The translations under genes were made by a program, and so were the position numbers. From assembly GCA_951406725.2 (NCBI GenBank), contig OX597815.1, positions 56,916,001 to 56,980,000 on the forward strand: 64,000 nucleotides of DNA. The letters run 5' to 3'. The notes beneath the pieces are model-generated. The model saw only the letters and a program-made list of their open reading frames with translations. It did not search any database and was not told the DNA's origin. Positions 60,690-64,000 of the stretch are shown piece after piece (within the stretch, counting starts at the first letter, position 1; each line of letters starts with the position of its first letter). Source of the stretch: Octopus vulgaris (taxonomy: Eukaryota).

Positions 60690-62862
60690 TCAGTGCCAAG
60701 TCTCCAGGCAAGCAGTATATAAATGCTACTGCAACCCAGCAGTCAAGCAAGGCAGATGCACTCTTCAAGTACACCTTCCTCACAGACCCACCAGAAGATG
60801 GGACTCTTTCAGGAACACCATCCATGGCACTACATTAAAGGCATTTGGTGGAGGTGGAGAATATTACAGGACTGGTTTGAGGAATGTGTGAATGAGCTCA
60901 GTACACCCATGGAGGTGAAGCACAAACACCAATCCACTAGAGCAATGCTGCAAGCATTGAGATCAGCAAGGGACAACATGCAGAAGACAATAAGGTGCTG
61001 TGCAAATGACTACTGGTTACAATTATGCAAAGACATCCAACTGTTGTTTGACACAGGCAACATTTGCGGAATGTATGAGGGCATCAAGAAAGCAATTGAT
61101 TCAACCCAGAGCAAGATAACTCCACTCAATTCCAAAACAGGGAAGATCATCAAGGATAAAAGAGAGAAGTTGGAGCGATGGGTGGTATATTACTCTGAAC
61201 TCTACACCAAGGAAAACAACATCTCAGTGTAATAGACACCATGAAACACCTACCCATCATGGAGGAGTTGGACACATTGCTTACCACTGAAGAACTGAGC
61301 AGAGCCATTGATGGCTTACCCACAGTGAAGGCACTGGGATCAGGTGGCATCCCACCAGAAGATATCAGGTGTGCAAAGAGAGTTCTACCCAGAAACTTGC
61401 TGAAACTATTGTCAGTGCTGGGAGGAAGGAACAGTCCTACATGACATGAGAGGCTGTAACTTTGCCTACCTCTATAAGAACAAAAGGTACAGAAGTGACT
61501 GCAATAGCTATGAGGCATCTCACTACAAAGCATTGTCAGGAAGGTCTTTGCCTGCATGGTCCTGAACAGACTACAGAAAATTGCTGACAGGTTATGCCCT
61601 GAATCTAATGTGGTTTCAGTTCAGAATACTCCATCATCAACATGATCTCTCTTCAATAGCTACAGGAGAAGTTCCAAGAGCAAAAACAACCACTCTACCT
61701 TCATTGACCTCATGAAGGCTTTCAATCAAGTTAGTAGAGACCGCCTGTTCAAAATTCTTGCCAAGACTGGTTGACCTCTGAGACTTCTCAGGATAGTCCA
61801 GTTGTTTCATGTTGGATATGAAAGATGTTCAATTTGATTGCTCTTCTTTGAAGGCTTTCAACATATGCAGCAGTGTAAAACATCTTTTTCGCAGTCATGC
61901 TGTAACACATTTTTGGAACATCAACTGATGGTGTCTATCTCCACACCAGATCAGATGGGAAAGTGTTTAGTCTGTCAAGGCTGAAAGCAAAATCCTGAGT
62001 TCAGAGAAATGCTGTTTGTTGATGATGCAGTATTGACAGTGCTCCCTGAGGAGCAAATGCAGCACTTCTGAAGGGTCTGCCAGGAATCCACCACCACCAT
62101 CAGCACCTATGAACTGGAAGTAATCGATGAATTCACCTATCCTGTCTCTGACATCATTGATAATCTCTTATTGGACTCTGAGATCAGCAGGTGAGTTGGA
62201 TACACATCCTTCTCATTTGTCAGATTGATGAAGAGAGTCTCGGAGAACAGAAAACTGACCCCCAAATACCAAGATTTCTGTCTACAAGGTGTACATCCTC
62301 AGCACACTACTTTACGGCAGCAAGACAGAGCCTTTACTCCAGACAAGAACAGCATCTCAACATCTTCCACCTTCATAGCCTGAGACGCATTTTGGACATT
62401 AAGTTGTCAGACCAATCATACCAAGATATCCAGCATATTCATCCTGTTCCAACAGCACTGTGTGCATTGGCTTGATCAAGTATATCATATACCAGATGGG
62501 AGGATCTCAAAAGACCTTGTATAGGGGGAATTGACCAACAGCTCAAGAGCATGAGAATGACCTCATTTTTGTTTCATGAACATCTGCAAGAGAGATATGA
62601 AGTCAATAGATCTGGACGTCCTGAAATGGGAGGCGGTTGCAAATGATCACCCACACTGGAGATGAGTACTACACAAGAGGATAGAGCAAGGGGAAGTAAG
62701 ACTGAAACTTGCCACTGAAGAAAAGCGTACTCACAAAAAGGAAAACTCAGTAGTGTTGATGAAGAGCATCCTCAAATTCAGATGTGCACCATCATCAGCG
62801 GAAGGCACAAAATTCTACAGGCACAGATCCATGGTATTTTGAGACCAACAGATGCCTATCAT
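60690..62862 (+). mobile_element. Decayed RTE (BovB-like) LINE
   Basis: 'DWFEE...RCCANDYWLQLC...GNICGMYEGIKKA', 'KALGSGGIPPE', 'EMLFVDDAVL', 'LNIFHLHSLRRILDIK'. Confidence 0.8.
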
Positions 62863-62879
62863 ATCAAATGTTTGTCAGT

Positions 62880-64000
62880 TTTCTGCTTTTCTCTGATTCA
62901 TTTTCTTTATTATTCCTTTTGTACTGACTGTTATTTCTTTTAATATGTTATGCTTGGGCTTATCCCTAGTTTTTAGCAGGTTATTTATATTGTGAAATTA
63001 AGCTTCTGTTATTTTTCATATTGTTTTGTAGGACATTTTTTGGTGGCAGGTGGTGAGGGGACATTTTACAATCATTTGGTTCAATCTATATACTGGAGTA
63101 TTTTGTTGTTGATGGTAAATTCTGCAAACTGTAATTCTGTTTCTTGGTGTAAATAATTCCACAAGGTTTTAAAGTTTGTGGGAGTTTATGTTTTACTTGT
63201 GTGTTTTGATAATAAGAGTAGGTGGTCAGAAGAGAGTTGCCATGACATTATGATAGGTAGCTATATCAATCAGAAATCCAGAATGAAGTTATTGTTAGTT
63301 TAATGAGGAAAGTAATTATATTACTGTGGGTTGTATAGTTAGAAAGACAGTTATGATGCTACAGTATCTTCACTTGTTATATCTGTGTTTGTGTTTTAGG
63401 GTATGTTGTATGTATTGACATCTCTCTCCAACTATTGTGTTTGGGAGTGTGTTAAAGTGATGTTGGGATGTTTGGCCTGATGAGAAACTAGATTATGTTG
63501 TTGGTAATATGTATGTATGTGTTTCCTGTTTTTGATTTTATCTTGAATTTATAAGATGCTGGATGCTCTTTCTGAATCTGTGTGCTAGATGTATAACATT
63601 ATGCAAGTTATGGAGATAAATATCATGACTTGGACTGAAGTGATCTATGATTGAGATCTCCTATATGGGGTGATATTTTTTGTTTCCTGAATGTGAACAT
63701 TGCATTGGTAATGTAGCTTTTCATTTTGGTGAAAGGTAATTTTGGCTATTTATTCTGTGTGTTGCATTGTACTAAGTTTTGCTATTTTTTGATGTTACAA
63801 GATGTGCATAAGTTTCTTTGTTGTATGTTATTATTATTATTGTTGTTGTATTCTGTGAAGTAAGTTAATTGTTAGAACTAAGTAATTTGATAAACTAAAA
63901 CAGGTACTTCTGGAATGTTTTTTTTTTTATCATATTTTGTTATGATTTGGTGAATTATTAATAGTTTGTGATCAGATGTTGCTGTTTTGTTGATATCAAT
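62880..64000 (-). mobile_element. Possible highly decayed LINE
   Basis: The minus strand is A/C-rich with 'TATSDHKLLII' (APE C-terminal SDH-like motif) at the window edge. No clear RT motif. Confidence 0.3.

Overview
This is AT-rich eukaryotic DNA, most likely an octopus (cephalopod) intron or intergenic region. That assignment is inferred from the repeat families and microsatellite style, not from a database search. I found no intact host gene, rRNA, tRNA gene or CRISPR array. Almost the whole window is nested, mostly decayed transposable elements: two Penelope-like elements (PLEs) with inverted partial pLTRs and hammerhead-ribozyme (HHR) motifs, Gypsy-type LTR relics, a Sola2-like DNA transposon carrying two TTAA/piggyBac-type insertions, maT and mariner relics, a non-autonomous Helitron, several RTE LINEs, an R4/Dong-like LINE, foldback MITEs and many tRNA-derived SINEs. 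The most notable observation is at 7586-8058: a tRNA-headed (Pol III) SINE whose tail carries a minimal hammerhead ribozyme. It was inserted in one event (15-bp TSD) together with an inverted partial copy of itself, which is the Penelope-type insertion signature. This suggests a PLE-mobilised 'ribozyme SINE'. Also notable are an RTE family with a PHD finger after its RT core and a shared UGA-C codon at a Cys position, and a twin-priming-type inverted RTE insertion. All coordinates were read by eye, so element ends may be off by some bases.
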